A DNA stretch of 64,000 nt from Butyricimonas faecihominis (GTDB lineage Bacteria; Bacteroidota; Bacteroidia; Bacteroidales; Marinifilaceae): assembly GCF_033096445.1 (NCBI RefSeq), contig NZ_AP028155.1, positions 561,880 through 625,879 of the forward strand, given 5' to 3'. Below the pieces are notes generated by a model. That model did not search any database, was not told the origin of the DNA, and saw only the letters and a program-made list of their open reading frames with translations. The position numbers and the translations under genes were made by a program. Within the stretch, counting starts at the first letter, position 1. Every line of letters begins with the position of its first letter. Positions 30,046 to 39,465 of the stretch are shown piece after piece.

Positions 30046-30411
30046 TTATTTATCGTGTGCTTTTTCTACTTCGGAAATGAGTTGTTTCAATTCTTCCAAT
30101 GAAATGTCCTCTTCCTGCACGAGTGAAGATACGGCACTGAGGTACGAGTTGTTGAAATATTTACTGATCACGTTCTTCAAGGTGCCTTTGCGGAACTCTT
30201 CTTCACTAATGATCGCATAATATTGATAGGTGTTCCCGTAAACTTCGTGAGCGAGATAACCTTTTTCTTCCAGCCCGCGCACGATGGTGGATAACGTGTT
30301 GAAATGCGGTTTCGGGTCTTCGTAAAATGCAAGCATCTGTTTCACGAATAGAGGGCCTTTCTCCCAGAAAAAGCCCATGATTTCTTCTTCTTTGCTAGTT
30401 AATCCTTTCAT
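30046..30411 (-). CDS. BlaI/MecI/CopY family transcriptional repressor
   Basis: 121-aa winged-helix N-domain (GFFWEKGPLFVKQMLAFYEDPKPHFNTLSTIVRGLEEKGYL) plus C-terminal dimerisation helix. A near-palindrome AACTAAAAT-ATTTAGTT sits immediately upstream at about 30428-30448. Confidence 0.85.
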   Translation of the reverse strand: MKGLTSKEEEIMGFFWEKGPLFVKQMLAFYEDPKPHFNTLSTIVRGLEEKGYLAHEVYGNTYQYYAIISEEEFRKGTLKNVISKYFNNSYLSAVSSLVQEEDISLEELKQLISEVEKAHDK

Positions 30412-30656
30412 GGTTTATTTCTTTTGCAACAAAGAACTAAAATATTTAGTTTTAAAACTAATTTTTATAGTTAATAAACTTTAAACTCTAGTTTTGATTC
30501 GTTATTCTTTTATTTTTAGATATTTAATCTTGTATTTTACCCGGATCGGTAGAATGTATATTTAATTTTAATGGAGGGTAGGAAGTCCTGTAAAAATGTT
30601 TATATTTGTGTAGTAGTGTGCTTGTGGGGAAGTTAGTGAATATCGTCTAATTAAAA

Positions 30657-31241
30657 TTGAATGTAATGGAAGAATGGTGGAGTTCTCTGGGGTTATTTAT
30701 GCAATCGGTGTGGTGTATCACTCTATTTGCCAGTTTGGTATTTGTTATCCAGACAATCATGACTTTTATCGGGATGGATACGGATGGGGGGATGGATGTT
30801 GACGTGAGTGCGGATACAGCGACTGATGGGGATAGCGGTCCTTTCCAGTTATTTACTTTTCGTAACTTCATCAATTTCCTACTGGGGTTCGGTTGGTCGA
30901 TCATCTCTTTTGAAAAAGCGATAGAAAACCAGTTCGTGTTGATTCTCGTGTCGGCTGTGATCGGTGTGTTGCTAGTGATGGCCGTGATGGCTATTTTCAG
31001 ATTCATGAGCCGCATGGAGCAAAGCGGGACGATTAACATGGCAAATGCCGTGGGGTGTAAAGGGAACGTGTATTTGAAAATTCCGGGAGAAAAACGGGGA
31101 GAGGGGAAAGTACAAATCTCGATACAAGGGGCTATCCGGGAATTTAATGCCCTGACAGCAGGCGAGGAATTGGAGACGGGAGCACCGATTCGGGTCGTGG
31201 AAGTGATAAACGACAACACCTTACTGGTGGAGCGTTTTTAA
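30657..31241 (+). CDS. YqiJ/NfeD-like membrane protein (OB-fold C-terminal domain), partner of flotillin
   Basis: TM helices plus C-terminal beta-rich domain (GKVQISIQGAIREFNA ... IRVVEV). Immediately upstream of an SPFH/flotillin gene, as in yqiJK-type operons. Confidence 0.6.
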   Translation: MNVMEEWWSSLGLFMQSVWCITLFASLVFVIQTIMTFIGMDTDGGMDVDVSADTATDGDSGPFQLFTFRNFINFLLGFGWSIISFEKAIENQFVLILVSAVIGVLLVMAVMAIFRFMSRMEQSGTINMANAVGCKGNVYLKIPGEKRGEGKVQISIQGAIREFNALTAGEELETGAPIRVVEVINDNTLLVERF

Positions 31242-31271
31242 ATGACTATTTATTATTAATCTTAGGAATAT

Positions 31272-32729
31272 ATGGAAAGTATGGAAGGTAGTTTGTATTT
31301 GATTGTCGCCATCGTGGCGGTGTTGTTTGTTACGTTTGCGGCGATATTGTCCCGTTATAAACGTTGTCCGTCAGACAAGATTCTTGTCGTGTACGGGCGG
31401 ACCGGTAAGAATGCGACCGGAGGAGTGAGTTCCGCACGTTGTATTCATGGAGGGGCGGCTTTTATCTGGCCGGTGTTCCAGAGTTTTTCATTTCTGGACT
31501 TGACTCCGATCTCTATCGAGTGTAATTTGACGAATGCTTTAAGTAAACAGAATATACGAGTAGATGTGCCTTGTCGTTTTACGGTGGGTATTTCTACCGA
31601 ACCGGATAGCATGACGAATGCGGCAGAGCGTTTGTTGGGGCAACGGCAGGAAAATATTCAGGATTTGGCCAAGGATATTCTTTTCGGGCAGTTACGTTTG
31701 GTGATTGCCACGATGGATATTGAGGAAATCAATTCCGACCGGGATAAATTCTTGGCTAACGTGAGTGCTAACGTGGAGGCCGAGTTACGGAAGATCGGTT
31801 TGAAACTGATCAACGTGAACGTGACCGACTTGCGGGATGAGTCCGGGTATATCGAGGCTTTGGGAAAAGAAGCAGCAGCGAAAGCGATCAATGATGCCAA
31901 GAAAAGCGTGGCCGAGCAGAATCGATTCGGAGAGATCGGTAAAGCCGAGGCAGATCGGGATAAAGATATTCGTATCGCGGAAACCGTGCGGGACACTCGT
32001 ATTCGGACGGCCGAGGCTAATGCAACCGCGGTGGAGGGAGAAAACAATGCCAAGATTTTAATTGCCGATTCGGATGCCATCCGTCGGGAGAGAGAGGCCG
32101 AGGCTGCCCGTAAAGCTATCGCGGCAGAGAAAGTGCAGGCTGCAAAGGCTTTGGAAGAGGCTTATATGGCAGAGCGGGAGGCTGAGATTGCTCGTGCCGA
32201 AAGAGAGAAAGCTACACAAGCGGCTAATATCGTGGTTCCCGCACAGATTGACAAGGAGAAAGCGATTATTGATGCGGAGGCCGAGGCGGAACGTTTGCGC
32301 CGGTTGGCGAAAGGAGAGGCTGATGCCATTTTTGCCAAGATGGATGCCGAAGCACGAGGTTTATACGAGGTGCTGACAAAACAGGCGGAAGGATATGCCC
32401 AAATCGTGAAAGCCGCCGCCGGAGATCCCGACAAGGCGGTGATGATGTTGATTACCGATAAGTTGCCGGAGCTGGTGAGAACGCAAGTGGAGGCTGTTAA
32501 GAATATCAAGATCGACAAGGTTACCGTTTGGGATGGCAATAATGCCGGGAACGGGAATACCTCCACGGCTAACTTCATCTCGGGGATGATGAAATCGGTT
32601 CCCCCGTTGAATGATCTGTTTAACATGGCTGGGCTGAATCTACCGACTTTCCTGAAAGGTGCCGCCACGGAAGAGAAAGCTACGGATGCCGGACAACAAG
32701 ATGAGATCGTTGAAGAAGTTGAGAAGTAG
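31272..32729 (+). CDS. Flotillin-family (SPFH/band-7) protein
   Basis: N-terminal TM helix. SPFH domain. Long Ala/Glu-rich coiled coil (AEREAEIARAEREKA ... AEAEAERLRRLAKGEADAIFAKMDAEA). Confidence 0.85.
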   Translation: MESMEGSLYLIVAIVAVLFVTFAAILSRYKRCPSDKILVVYGRTGKNATGGVSSARCIHGGAAFIWPVFQSFSFLDLTPISIECNLTNALSKQNIRVDVPCRFTVGISTEPDSMTNAAERLLGQRQENIQDLAKDILFGQLRLVIATMDIEEINSDRDKFLANVSANVEAELRKIGLKLINVNVTDLRDESGYIEALGKEAAAKAINDAKKSVAEQNRFGEIGKAEADRDKDIRIAETVRDTRIRTAEANATAVEGENNAKILIADSDAIRREREAEAARKAIAAEKVQAAKALEEAYMAEREAEIARAEREKATQAANIVVPAQIDKEKAIIDAEAEAERLRRLAKGEADAIFAKMDAEARGLYEVLTKQAEGYAQIVKAAAGDPDKAVMMLITDKLPELVRTQVEAVKNIKIDKVTVWDGNNAGNGNTSTANFISGMMKSVPPLNDLFNMAGLNLPTFLKGAATEEKATDAGQQDEIVEEVEK

Positions 32730-32845
32730 GGGAGATTCTAACTTTTAGTTTCGTTTTTTCGTTTACTAATAATTACCTTTGTGGTATACTTCAATCGGGT
32801 ATATGACAAAGGTAATTAATCAATTCATAAAATAGAGGAAAGTTT

Positions 32846-33268
32846 ATGCGCTGGATAATTGACGGTGTTGATGATTTGAATCGGGTAGCAAAAGAGTTTC
32901 TGGAAAGTACCGGAGGCAACACGATATATGCCCTGTACGGGCCGATGGGAGTGGGAAAGACCACTTTCGTGAAAGCGGTAGCCGGGTGTTTGGGGATAGA
33001 GGATGATGTGAATTCCCCGACGTTCGCTATCGTAAACGAGTATCTGACGGCCACGGGAGACTCGGTTTTTCATTTCGATTTCTATCGGGTGAAGAATATT
33101 GAGGAGGCCATGGACTTCGGTTACGAGGAATATTTTTATAGCGGGAATCGTTGTTTTATAGAGTGGCCGGAGATGGTGGAGCCTCTGTTACCGAAAAACA
33201 CGTTGATATGCAAGTTCTCTGAACTGGCAGATGGTCGGAGAGAATTGGTGATTGAAGAAAAACTTTAA
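32846..33268 (+). CDS. tsaE: tRNA threonylcarbamoyladenosine biosynthesis protein TsaE
   Basis: P-loop GPMGVGKTTFVKA. SPTFAIVNEY and FHFDFYR motifs typical of YjeE/TsaE. 140 aa. Confidence 0.85.
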   Translation: MRWIIDGVDDLNRVAKEFLESTGGNTIYALYGPMGVGKTTFVKAVAGCLGIEDDVNSPTFAIVNEYLTATGDSVFHFDFYRVKNIEEAMDFGYEEYFYSGNRCFIEWPEMVEPLLPKNTLICKFSELADGRRELVIEEKL

Positions 33269-33278
33269 AGTGTAGGTT

Positions 33279-34499
33279 ATGGATAACTCGGGTAAATTAT
33301 TGGGAGCCCAAATTAATCGGGAGTGGTTTCTATACCAGGAAAAAGAGGTATTCGGGGAATACCGGCAGAAACGATTGACAATCGGTTTACCGAACGAGAC
33401 CGAGCGACGGGAAAACCGGGTGTGTTTAACCCCGGAGGCCGTGGCCATGATGGTTGATATGGGGCATACGATAATGATACAACGAGGAGCCGGGGAGGCG
33501 GCACATTACCATGACCGGGAGTACGCCGATGCGGGAGCCCAGATGTTGGATACCTGCGAGGAAGTGTACACGGCGGATATTATACTGAAACCGACTCCGG
33601 TGATGCAGGCAGACGTGGAAATGATGCATGATCGGCAGGTCATACTGTCACCGATCGAGCTTTTCGAGTTACGAAAAGAGGCTGTCGTGGAGATGATGCA
33701 GAAGAAGGTGACGGCTGTCGGGTTCGATATTCTGAAAGACGAGAACGGGGTTTATCCCGTGGTGCAGATGATGAGTGAGATTTCTGGAAGCTCGGCAATC
33801 ATGATTGCCAGCGAGTACTTGAGCAATTCTCGGGAAGGGAAAGGTATTTTGCTGGGAGGGGTGACGGGAATCACTCCAGCCGAGGTGGTTATTTTGGGGG
33901 CCGGGACTTTGGGGGAATATGCGGCTCGTACGGCGTTGGCTTTGGGGGCTGAGGTGAAAGTGTTCGATCATTCGCTGGAGCGTCTACGCCGGATAAATCA
34001 TTGTCTGGGACAACGGGTATATACTTCTGTTTTTCATAAGCCGGTTTTGGAACGGGCGTTGTTGTCTGCCGACGTGCTGATCGGGGCTTTGCGTTTCTTC
34101 GATGATGATTTCGGGATTACCGTGTCCGAAGAACAGGTAAGGTTGATGAAACAGGGAGCGGTGATTGTGGATATGTCCATTGAACATGGTGGATGTATTG
34201 AAACATCAGGACCAACGACTCATGAGAACCCGACGTATGTATATAATGGGGTAATCCACTATTGTGTCCCGAATGTCCCGTCGAGAGTGGCTCGTACGGC
34301 ATCTATCGCTTATAGTAATTTATTCACTCCTTTATTTGATAAGATTTCCCGGGCGGGTGGCTTTAATACTGCCATAAAAAATGATGCGGGATTACGGCAT
34401 GGCGTGTATGTTTATAACGGTGTGTTGACGAAACGGGTGATTGCCGATCGCTATGGATTAGTTTCTAGAGATATTGATTTATTGATGGCTGCTTTCTGA
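33279..34499 (+). CDS. Alanine dehydrogenase/PNT-family NAD(H)-binding dehydrogenase
   Basis: AlaDH/PNT N-domain plus Rossmann motif ILGAGTLGEYAARTALALGAEVKVFD. 406 aa. The substrate is not determinable from the sequence. Confidence 0.65.
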   Translation: MDNSGKLLGAQINREWFLYQEKEVFGEYRQKRLTIGLPNETERRENRVCLTPEAVAMMVDMGHTIMIQRGAGEAAHYHDREYADAGAQMLDTCEEVYTADIILKPTPVMQADVEMMHDRQVILSPIELFELRKEAVVEMMQKKVTAVGFDILKDENGVYPVVQMMSEISGSSAIMIASEYLSNSREGKGILLGGVTGITPAEVVILGAGTLGEYAARTALALGAEVKVFDHSLERLRRINHCLGQRVYTSVFHKPVLERALLSADVLIGALRFFDDDFGITVSEEQVRLMKQGAVIVDMSIEHGGCIETSGPTTHENPTYVYNGVIHYCVPNVPSRVARTASIAYSNLFTPLFDKISRAGGFNTAIKNDAGLRHGVYVYNGVLTKRVIADRYGLVSRDIDLLMAAF

Positions 34500-35903
34500 T
34501 CACCCGAGAAAGACAATAATTCCCAGTAGTATTCCGTACACGAGAGCGTATGGGAAAGCCCGTTTTAAGATTCCCCCTTCTTGGCCCTGTAATTGACATG
34601 CGGAGGCGGCAATAGCAATACTCTGGGGTGAGATAATTTTCCCGGCAGTAGTGCCTGTGGTGTTGGCGGCGGCAAGCCAAGAAGGATCAATGTCCATGTT
34701 TGTGGCGATTCCTGCTTGCAATTTCCCGAAAAGAATGTTTGCCGAAGTACCGCTACCCGTGATAAATGTTCCTATTTCCCCGATCAAAGGGGACCAGAAA
34801 GCGTAATACTTCCCGGAGATGGAAGTGAGTGTGTCGGCCAGTAATTGCACCATGCCGGATATTTCCATGAGTGCGGATATACTGACCAAGGCGATAACCA
34901 TAATAATAGTACTGCGGATTTGTACGAGAGTCTGGCCTAGTAATGTGAATTGTCTGCTTGTCGTTACACCCTGTATCTGTCCCCCGATAAAAGCTCCGGC
35001 AAAAAGCAATAAACTCGTTACCTTGAAATTGAAGGGAATAGCCAGTAATATAAAGAAAATGATAAGGCCGTAGACACTCCACGCTTGGTATATTTGCCGG
35101 GGCGAGTGTTTCGTGGGAATTGTGTCACTTTTTTTGGTCCATTTACTCCATGCGATAATAATAATGATGGAACAAATACTGCTTAGAATGGCTGGCATCT
35201 CCGGACCGAGATATACGGCCGTGGCGTATTGTGCTAGGAAGGATACGCCCCCGACAAGCGTGCCGAGCAAGATGTTCTTGAGTAAAGCTTGGCGGCGTCT
35301 GTCGGCCAATATAGCCAAAGTTATCGGGATCAAAAATATAAAAGGATATAATTGTTGAATGGTAGCCTTACACAATTCAGGTAACGGGCAGCCGGTCTCT
35401 TCCATGAGAACGGTTTCTGCGATACCGACGGCCCCGAATGTCGTGGGTTCACTGTTAGCGATGAGGCTTGCGAGTACGGCGAACAACGGACGAAATCCCA
35501 GCGTTACGAGTATGGCTGCCGGGATGGCAACCGAAGTCCCGTAGCCGGGCATTCCTTCCAGTAGCCCCCCGAATCCCCACGTGATCAGTAATACCTGTAC
35601 ACTCCTGTCCGTGGAAATCGTTGCCAGTTGGTCTTTTAACACTTTAATCTTGCCGGAATCCAGCAGAATATTATAGCTAAATACAGCCATCCAGATAACG
35701 GAAAGAATAGTGATACAAGCACGTGCGGTACTGTTTATTAAAGTGAAACCGATCTCTTGCGCGGGTATACCAAAGGCGAAAATGGCCAACATAACGGTAA
35801 TAACAAGGGTAAGCAGGCTACTCTTATCTCCGGGCCACTTGCATATCCCCATGGATATGACCAGTATAACCATTGGCAGTAAGGCAAACAAGATTTCGAA
35901 CAT
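34500..35903 (-). CDS. L-lactate permease (LctP family)
   Basis: 467-aa polytopic protein with LctP-type N-terminus and multiple conserved LctP blocks (GFGGLLEGMPGYGTSVAIPAAILV). Confidence 0.8.
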   Translation of the reverse strand: MFEILFALLPMVILVISMGICKWPGDKSSLLTLVITVMLAIFAFGIPAQEIGFTLINSTARACITILSVIWMAVFSYNILLDSGKIKVLKDQLATISTDRSVQVLLITWGFGGLLEGMPGYGTSVAIPAAILVTLGFRPLFAVLASLIANSEPTTFGAVGIAETVLMEETGCPLPELCKATIQQLYPFIFLIPITLAILADRRRQALLKNILLGTLVGGVSFLAQYATAVYLGPEMPAILSSICSIIIIIAWSKWTKKSDTIPTKHSPRQIYQAWSVYGLIIFFILLAIPFNFKVTSLLLFAGAFIGGQIQGVTTSRQFTLLGQTLVQIRSTIIMVIALVSISALMEISGMVQLLADTLTSISGKYYAFWSPLIGEIGTFITGSGTSANILFGKLQAGIATNMDIDPSWLAAANTTGTTAGKIISPQSIAIAASACQLQGQEGGILKRAFPYALVYGILLGIIVFLG

Positions 35904-35921
35904 GACGTATCGTTAACCTTC

Positions 35922-36413
35922 TTATTGCTTGAGAATGGAGTCTATAACCGGGGTTAAGTCACTGTTTTTAGGTATTTTAATACCCCGGATTCCGGCAGCC
36001 TCCGCCGCCTCGATGTCCCGTGAACCATCCCCGATTAACCACGAGGCTGATTTGTCGATGTCAAACTCCCGGATAGCCTGTTCGATCATGTAAGGCGATG
36101 GTTTGCGGCATTTACAGGGGGCAATGCTGCTGTGATGAGGGCAGTAGTATATTTTATCCACGTGCGCCCCATGCTTTTCCAATTCCTTGCACATATGAGC
36201 GTGAAGGTTGTCCACGTCTTCGATCGAGTACTCCCCTTTAGCGACCCCGCCTTGATTGGTAACTATGATAATCAAATAACCCGCCTCGTTCAGTCGACGA
36301 ATTCCGTCGATTACACCGGGATTGAAAACGAAGTCTTCAACTTTATATATGTAATAATGACCTTCATCAGAATTAATGGTTCCGTCCCGATCCAGAAATA
36401 TAGCCTTGTTCAT
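35922..36413 (-). CDS. gmhB: D,D-heptose 1,7-bisphosphate phosphatase (HAD-IIIA, GmhB-like)
   Basis: DRDGTIN HAD motif I plus the CxH ... CxC zinc motif (CPHHSSIAPCKCRKP). The listed ORF runs to 36476, but its first 21 codons are encoded by the CAGGTTACAGGTTG repeat. The start is taken at MNKAIFLDRDG. Confidence 0.8.
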   Translation of the reverse strand: MNKAIFLDRDGTINSDEGHYYIYKVEDFVFNPGVIDGIRRLNEAGYLIIIVTNQGGVAKGEYSIEDVDNLHAHMCKELEKHGAHVDKIYYCPHHSSIAPCKCRKPSPYMIEQAIREFDIDKSASWLIGDGSRDIEAAEAAGIRGIKIPKNSDLTPVIDSILKQ

Positions 36414-36419
36414 TTTAGA

Positions 36420-36470
36420 TTTTATCTTTCCAACTTGTAACTTGTCAACCTGTAACCTGAAATTCACCAC
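36420..36470. repeat. Tandem repeat AACTTGTAACTTGTCAACCTGTAACCTG, the reverse complement of the CAGGTTACAGGTTG family
   Basis: Direct reading. The same motif family, in the opposite orientation, is at 63950-64000 after the ctp stop. Confidence 0.7.
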
Positions 36471-36479
36471 GGGCAAATT

Positions 36480-37490
36480 TCAATGCATTATCTTAAATAT
36501 TAGCTCCTTCAAAAGCTCACCGTCAGAAATGTTTGCGTTACCGACACCTTTTGATTTGAGGTCATACTCCCGTAACCAAGAGATGATGTTAGCACATTTC
36601 ATGGCGTTATATCGTTTCGCTCCTTCCGTGTAATCTTTCAGAAAATAGGGATTGATACCCAGTAACCGGGCCATTTCTTGCTGGTTTGGGGTACTTTTCT
36701 TCTGGTAGTGGTACGTCAGTAGGTTCAGAAAGTACCGGAACAACATGCTGATCGTGAGAACCAGCGGGTTGTTCTTGGGGTTAGCCTCGAAATAATTCAC
36801 GATACGGTTTGCTTTCAGGTGATCCATCTGTATGATGGCTGCCGTGAGTTCGAACGTGTTGAATTCCTTGCTGATCCCCGTGTGTTCTTCCACCAGATTC
36901 TCCTTGATTTCACCGCCACCGGGAAGTAGGAGCATGAGCTTGTCCAGTTCGTTGGCCACCTTGCTCAAATCGTTCCCCAGACTTTCTGCGAGAATACCCG
37001 CGGCTTTCAGTGAAATCATGTACTTCTTGTCTTTGCAGTACGAAATAATCCAGTCCGGGATCTTGTTGTCGTAAAGTTTGGCCGACTCGAAATAGATGCA
37101 ATGCGAAGAACTGCTTAATTTTTTGAAAACTCCTTTACGTTTATCCGGTTTCTTGTTTTTATAGAGAAACACGAGGATCGTTGTCGGTTGAAGATGATCA
37201 ATATAAGGCAGTAAATTCTCGAAATCCCGGATATTCTGGGCCTCCTTGACAATGACAACTTGACGTTGTGACATCATGGGAAAGCGGCGGGCCGTATCGG
37301 TCACGGTGGTCATGGAGACATCGTTCCCGTACAATATCGTTTGGTTAAACGCCTTCTCGTCCTCCGTGAGGGCGTTTTTCTCGATGCGTGTCGCTATATC
37401 GTCCAAAAAATAGGACTCTTCCCCCGATAGAAAGTAAATCGGGGCATATTTCCCTGCTTTTAAATCTGCAACTATCTCTTCGTATTTCAT
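36480..37490 (-). CDS. holA: DNA polymerase III subunit delta
   Basis: N-terminal YFLSGEESYFLD motif. 336 aa with HolA architecture. Confidence 0.85.
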   Translation of the reverse strand: MKYEEIVADLKAGKYAPIYFLSGEESYFLDDIATRIEKNALTEDEKAFNQTILYGNDVSMTTVTDTARRFPMMSQRQVVIVKEAQNIRDFENLLPYIDHLQPTTILVFLYKNKKPDKRKGVFKKLSSSSHCIYFESAKLYDNKIPDWIISYCKDKKYMISLKAAGILAESLGNDLSKVANELDKLMLLLPGGGEIKENLVEEHTGISKEFNTFELTAAIIQMDHLKANRIVNYFEANPKNNPLVLTISMLFRYFLNLLTYHYQKKSTPNQQEMARLLGINPYFLKDYTEGAKRYNAMKCANIISWLREYDLKSKGVGNANISDGELLKELIFKIMH

Positions 37491-37560
37491 AAGGCAAAAG
37501 TAATAAACTTTAAATTCCGATCATATCAAAGAGTGGTAATTTTAGTGCCAAGAACAGGAT

Positions 37561-38157
37561 TTATCGCCGGGTGATGTGAGAAGGGCCTCCCTTTTCGATC
37601 GAGCGCACGATCTGCTCGATTTCGCGGTCCCGCCCGTTCGGTTCGTAATCGGCTTTCAGGTTATTCCCGAACAACAGAGCCAGCGATTGCCAAAAATAGG
37701 CATTCACCGTACCCTTGTACTCCTTGATGTGATTGAAGGACGTGTTGTTTGTTTCCCGGTAGATCAAGCGAACGAGAATCTTCCCTTGCGTGACGGTCAG
37801 TTTCATCAACGGTTGCTTGAACGTGTGCATGAGTTCCTTGTACTCTTTCTTGATAATCTGTTTTCGTTTTGCCTCGGAATCCGTTTGCGCTAGTTTATTT
37901 TCAATCTCGTTGATCTTGGCGGCGGCTATTTTCGCGTACGGGAACACCTTTCTCACGTTATAAACCATCCTTTGGTTCCGTTGTTGCTGGCGGGCGTATT
38001 TCCGTGGATTCTTCAATCGGGCGACGACATCTACTTCATGGAGAAGAACATGGGGTACGGTATCCCTGCCCATAATCACGGACGGGACAACACTCTGCGC
38101 TGTTGCAAAGCTGTTAATAAATAAAGATAGGAGTGATATGATAAATATTTTGCACAT
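37561..38157 (-). CDS. Hypothetical secreted protein (Bacteroidota-type, signal peptide)
   Basis: 198 aa. Signal peptide ending ATAQS. Basic and rich in coiled-coil-forming residues. Confidence 0.55.
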   Translation of the reverse strand: MCKIFIISLLSLFINSFATAQSVVPSVIMGRDTVPHVLLHEVDVVARLKNPRKYARQQQRNQRMVYNVRKVFPYAKIAAAKINEIENKLAQTDSEAKRKQIIKKEYKELMHTFKQPLMKLTVTQGKILVRLIYRETNNTSFNHIKEYKGTVNAYFWQSLALLFGNNLKADYEPNGRDREIEQIVRSIEKGGPSHITRR

Positions 38158-38230
38158 TTTTATATCTTTGCATTAACGCTTTATCAATACAAAGTTAGTA
38201 GATATATTTGACTTGTAAAAATATTAATTA

Positions 38231-38821
38231 GTGGAAAAGGAATTTCAGGATCTGTTTCAGATACGTCACAATGATGACCGTGTTGAGGTGGGAAAGGTGT
38301 TGATTGCAGAACCTTTTCTGGAAGGTAAATATTTTAACCGTTCCGTGGTCTACATGGTGGAACATGATTCGAGCGGGAGCGTGGGTTTTGTATTGAATAA
38401 GCCGTTACCTTACACGACTTCCGAGTTGGTAAAAGAACTCGAAGGCGTACATTTCCCCGTGTACATTGGTGGTCCCGTGGAGCGTAATCAGTTGTATTAC
38501 ATCCATCGGAGAAATGACATACCGGACTCGGAAGAGATCGCGAAAGGTATATATTGGGGAGGTGATTTTAAGGCTTTGACGGAGATGTTGAAAGCCGGAA
38601 AGGTATTGGAAGGAGAGATTCGTTTCTTTGCAGGGTATAGTGGCTGGACAGATAGCCAGTTGGAGAATGAATTGAAGGAGAATTCTTGGATGGTGGGGAC
38701 AATTCCTACCGACACGCTGTTTACCATCCCGAACGAGGGATTATGGGAACAAGCCATGAGTTCTCTGGGGGGAAGATACAAGCTGTGGGCGAATTTCCCG
38801 GAAGACCCGATTCTTAATTAA
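38231..38821 (+). CDS. YqgE/AlgH family protein (UPF0301)
   Basis: VLIAEPFLEGKYFNRSVVYMVEHDSSGSVGFVLNKPL is characteristic of AlgH/YqgE. GTG start. Confidence 0.8.
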   Translation: MEKEFQDLFQIRHNDDRVEVGKVLIAEPFLEGKYFNRSVVYMVEHDSSGSVGFVLNKPLPYTTSELVKELEGVHFPVYIGGPVERNQLYYIHRRNDIPDSEEIAKGIYWGGDFKALTEMLKAGKVLEGEIRFFAGYSGWTDSQLENELKENSWMVGTIPTDTLFTIPNEGLWEQAMSSLGGRYKLWANFPEDPILN

Positions 38822-38995
38822 TTGAGAATTGAGAATTGACAATTGAAAATGAAGAAGATTTGATGAGTTTGGAGATTAGAGGGGACTACCCCTACCGGCT
38901 CCCCCTGTGTAAGGGGGAGTTAGAGGGAGTAGTTAAAGCATAGGCCTTGTGCGGTTGGAATCTAAAATCTAAAATCATTAAATCTAAAATATAAA
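38821..38995. repeat. Composite intergenic repeat element, copy 1: AATTGA(G/C)AATTG tandem arm, GC-rich palindromic core (ACTACCCC ... CTCCCCCTGTGTAAGGGGGAG ... GGGAGTAGT), AATCTAAAAT tandem arm
   Basis: Direct reading. Left arm 38821-38858, core 38862-38932, right arm 38948-38990. Immediately upstream of rnpB. Confidence 0.75.
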
Positions 38996-39334
38996 GGCAG
39001 GCCGTTCTATCGCTGTCCCGCGAGGGAGAGAGGAAAGTCCGGGCAACGCAGGGCATCGTGCTTCTTAACGGGAAGGTCTCCGAGAGGGGGCAGTAGTGTA
39101 ACAGAAAATAACCGTTCCGTTCGCGGAATAAGGGTGAAAAGGTGAGGTAAGAGCCCACCGGTATCCCGGGTGATCGGGGTAGCCGTACACCTCACGAGTT
39201 GCAAGACCATGTACACTGGCGCTTAGGTTTGCCCGACCGATGTCAGGGGGTAGGTCGCTAGAGCTGCGGAGTGATCTGCGGAGTAGATAAATGATAGAAA
39301 CCGCAAGGTACAGAACCCGGCTTACAGGCCTGCC
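38996..39334 (+). ncRNA. rnpB: RNase P RNA (bacterial type A)
   Basis: P1 helix GGCAGGCC...GGCCTGCC. Conserved GAGGAAAGTCCGGGC and ACAGAACCCGGCTTA blocks. GGUAAGAGCCCACC P10/11 region. Followed by a T7 run. Confidence 0.9.
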
Positions 39335-39344
39335 TTTTTTTATT

Positions 39345-39440
39345 GAAAACCGATTAATTCGCAATTTATGAACTACGATTTATGATTCAGGAAAACATTA
39401 GTATAATCACTTGATCTAAAATCATAAATCAGTAAATTAA
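39345..39440. repeat. AT-rich ATTTATGA / AATCATAAATC-type repeat arm downstream of rnpB
   Basis: CGATTTATGATTCAGG ... CTTGATCTAAAATCATAAATCAG. Same arm family as 18958-19070 and 38948-38990. Confidence 0.6.
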
Positions 39441-39465
39441 TAAAATCTATAACAATAACTAGGAC

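Noticed and set aside
38948-38990. A possible CRISPR-like array from the AATCTAAAAT tandem units. The same judgement applies to the AATTGAAAAT arrays.
   Set aside because: The units are 7-11 bp with no unique spacers between them, and there are no cas genes. They are simple tandem repeat arms of the composite element.
38892-39364. Three overlapping minus-strand ORFs of 69-99 aa
   Set aside because: They lie entirely within the RNase P RNA gene and its flanking repeats.
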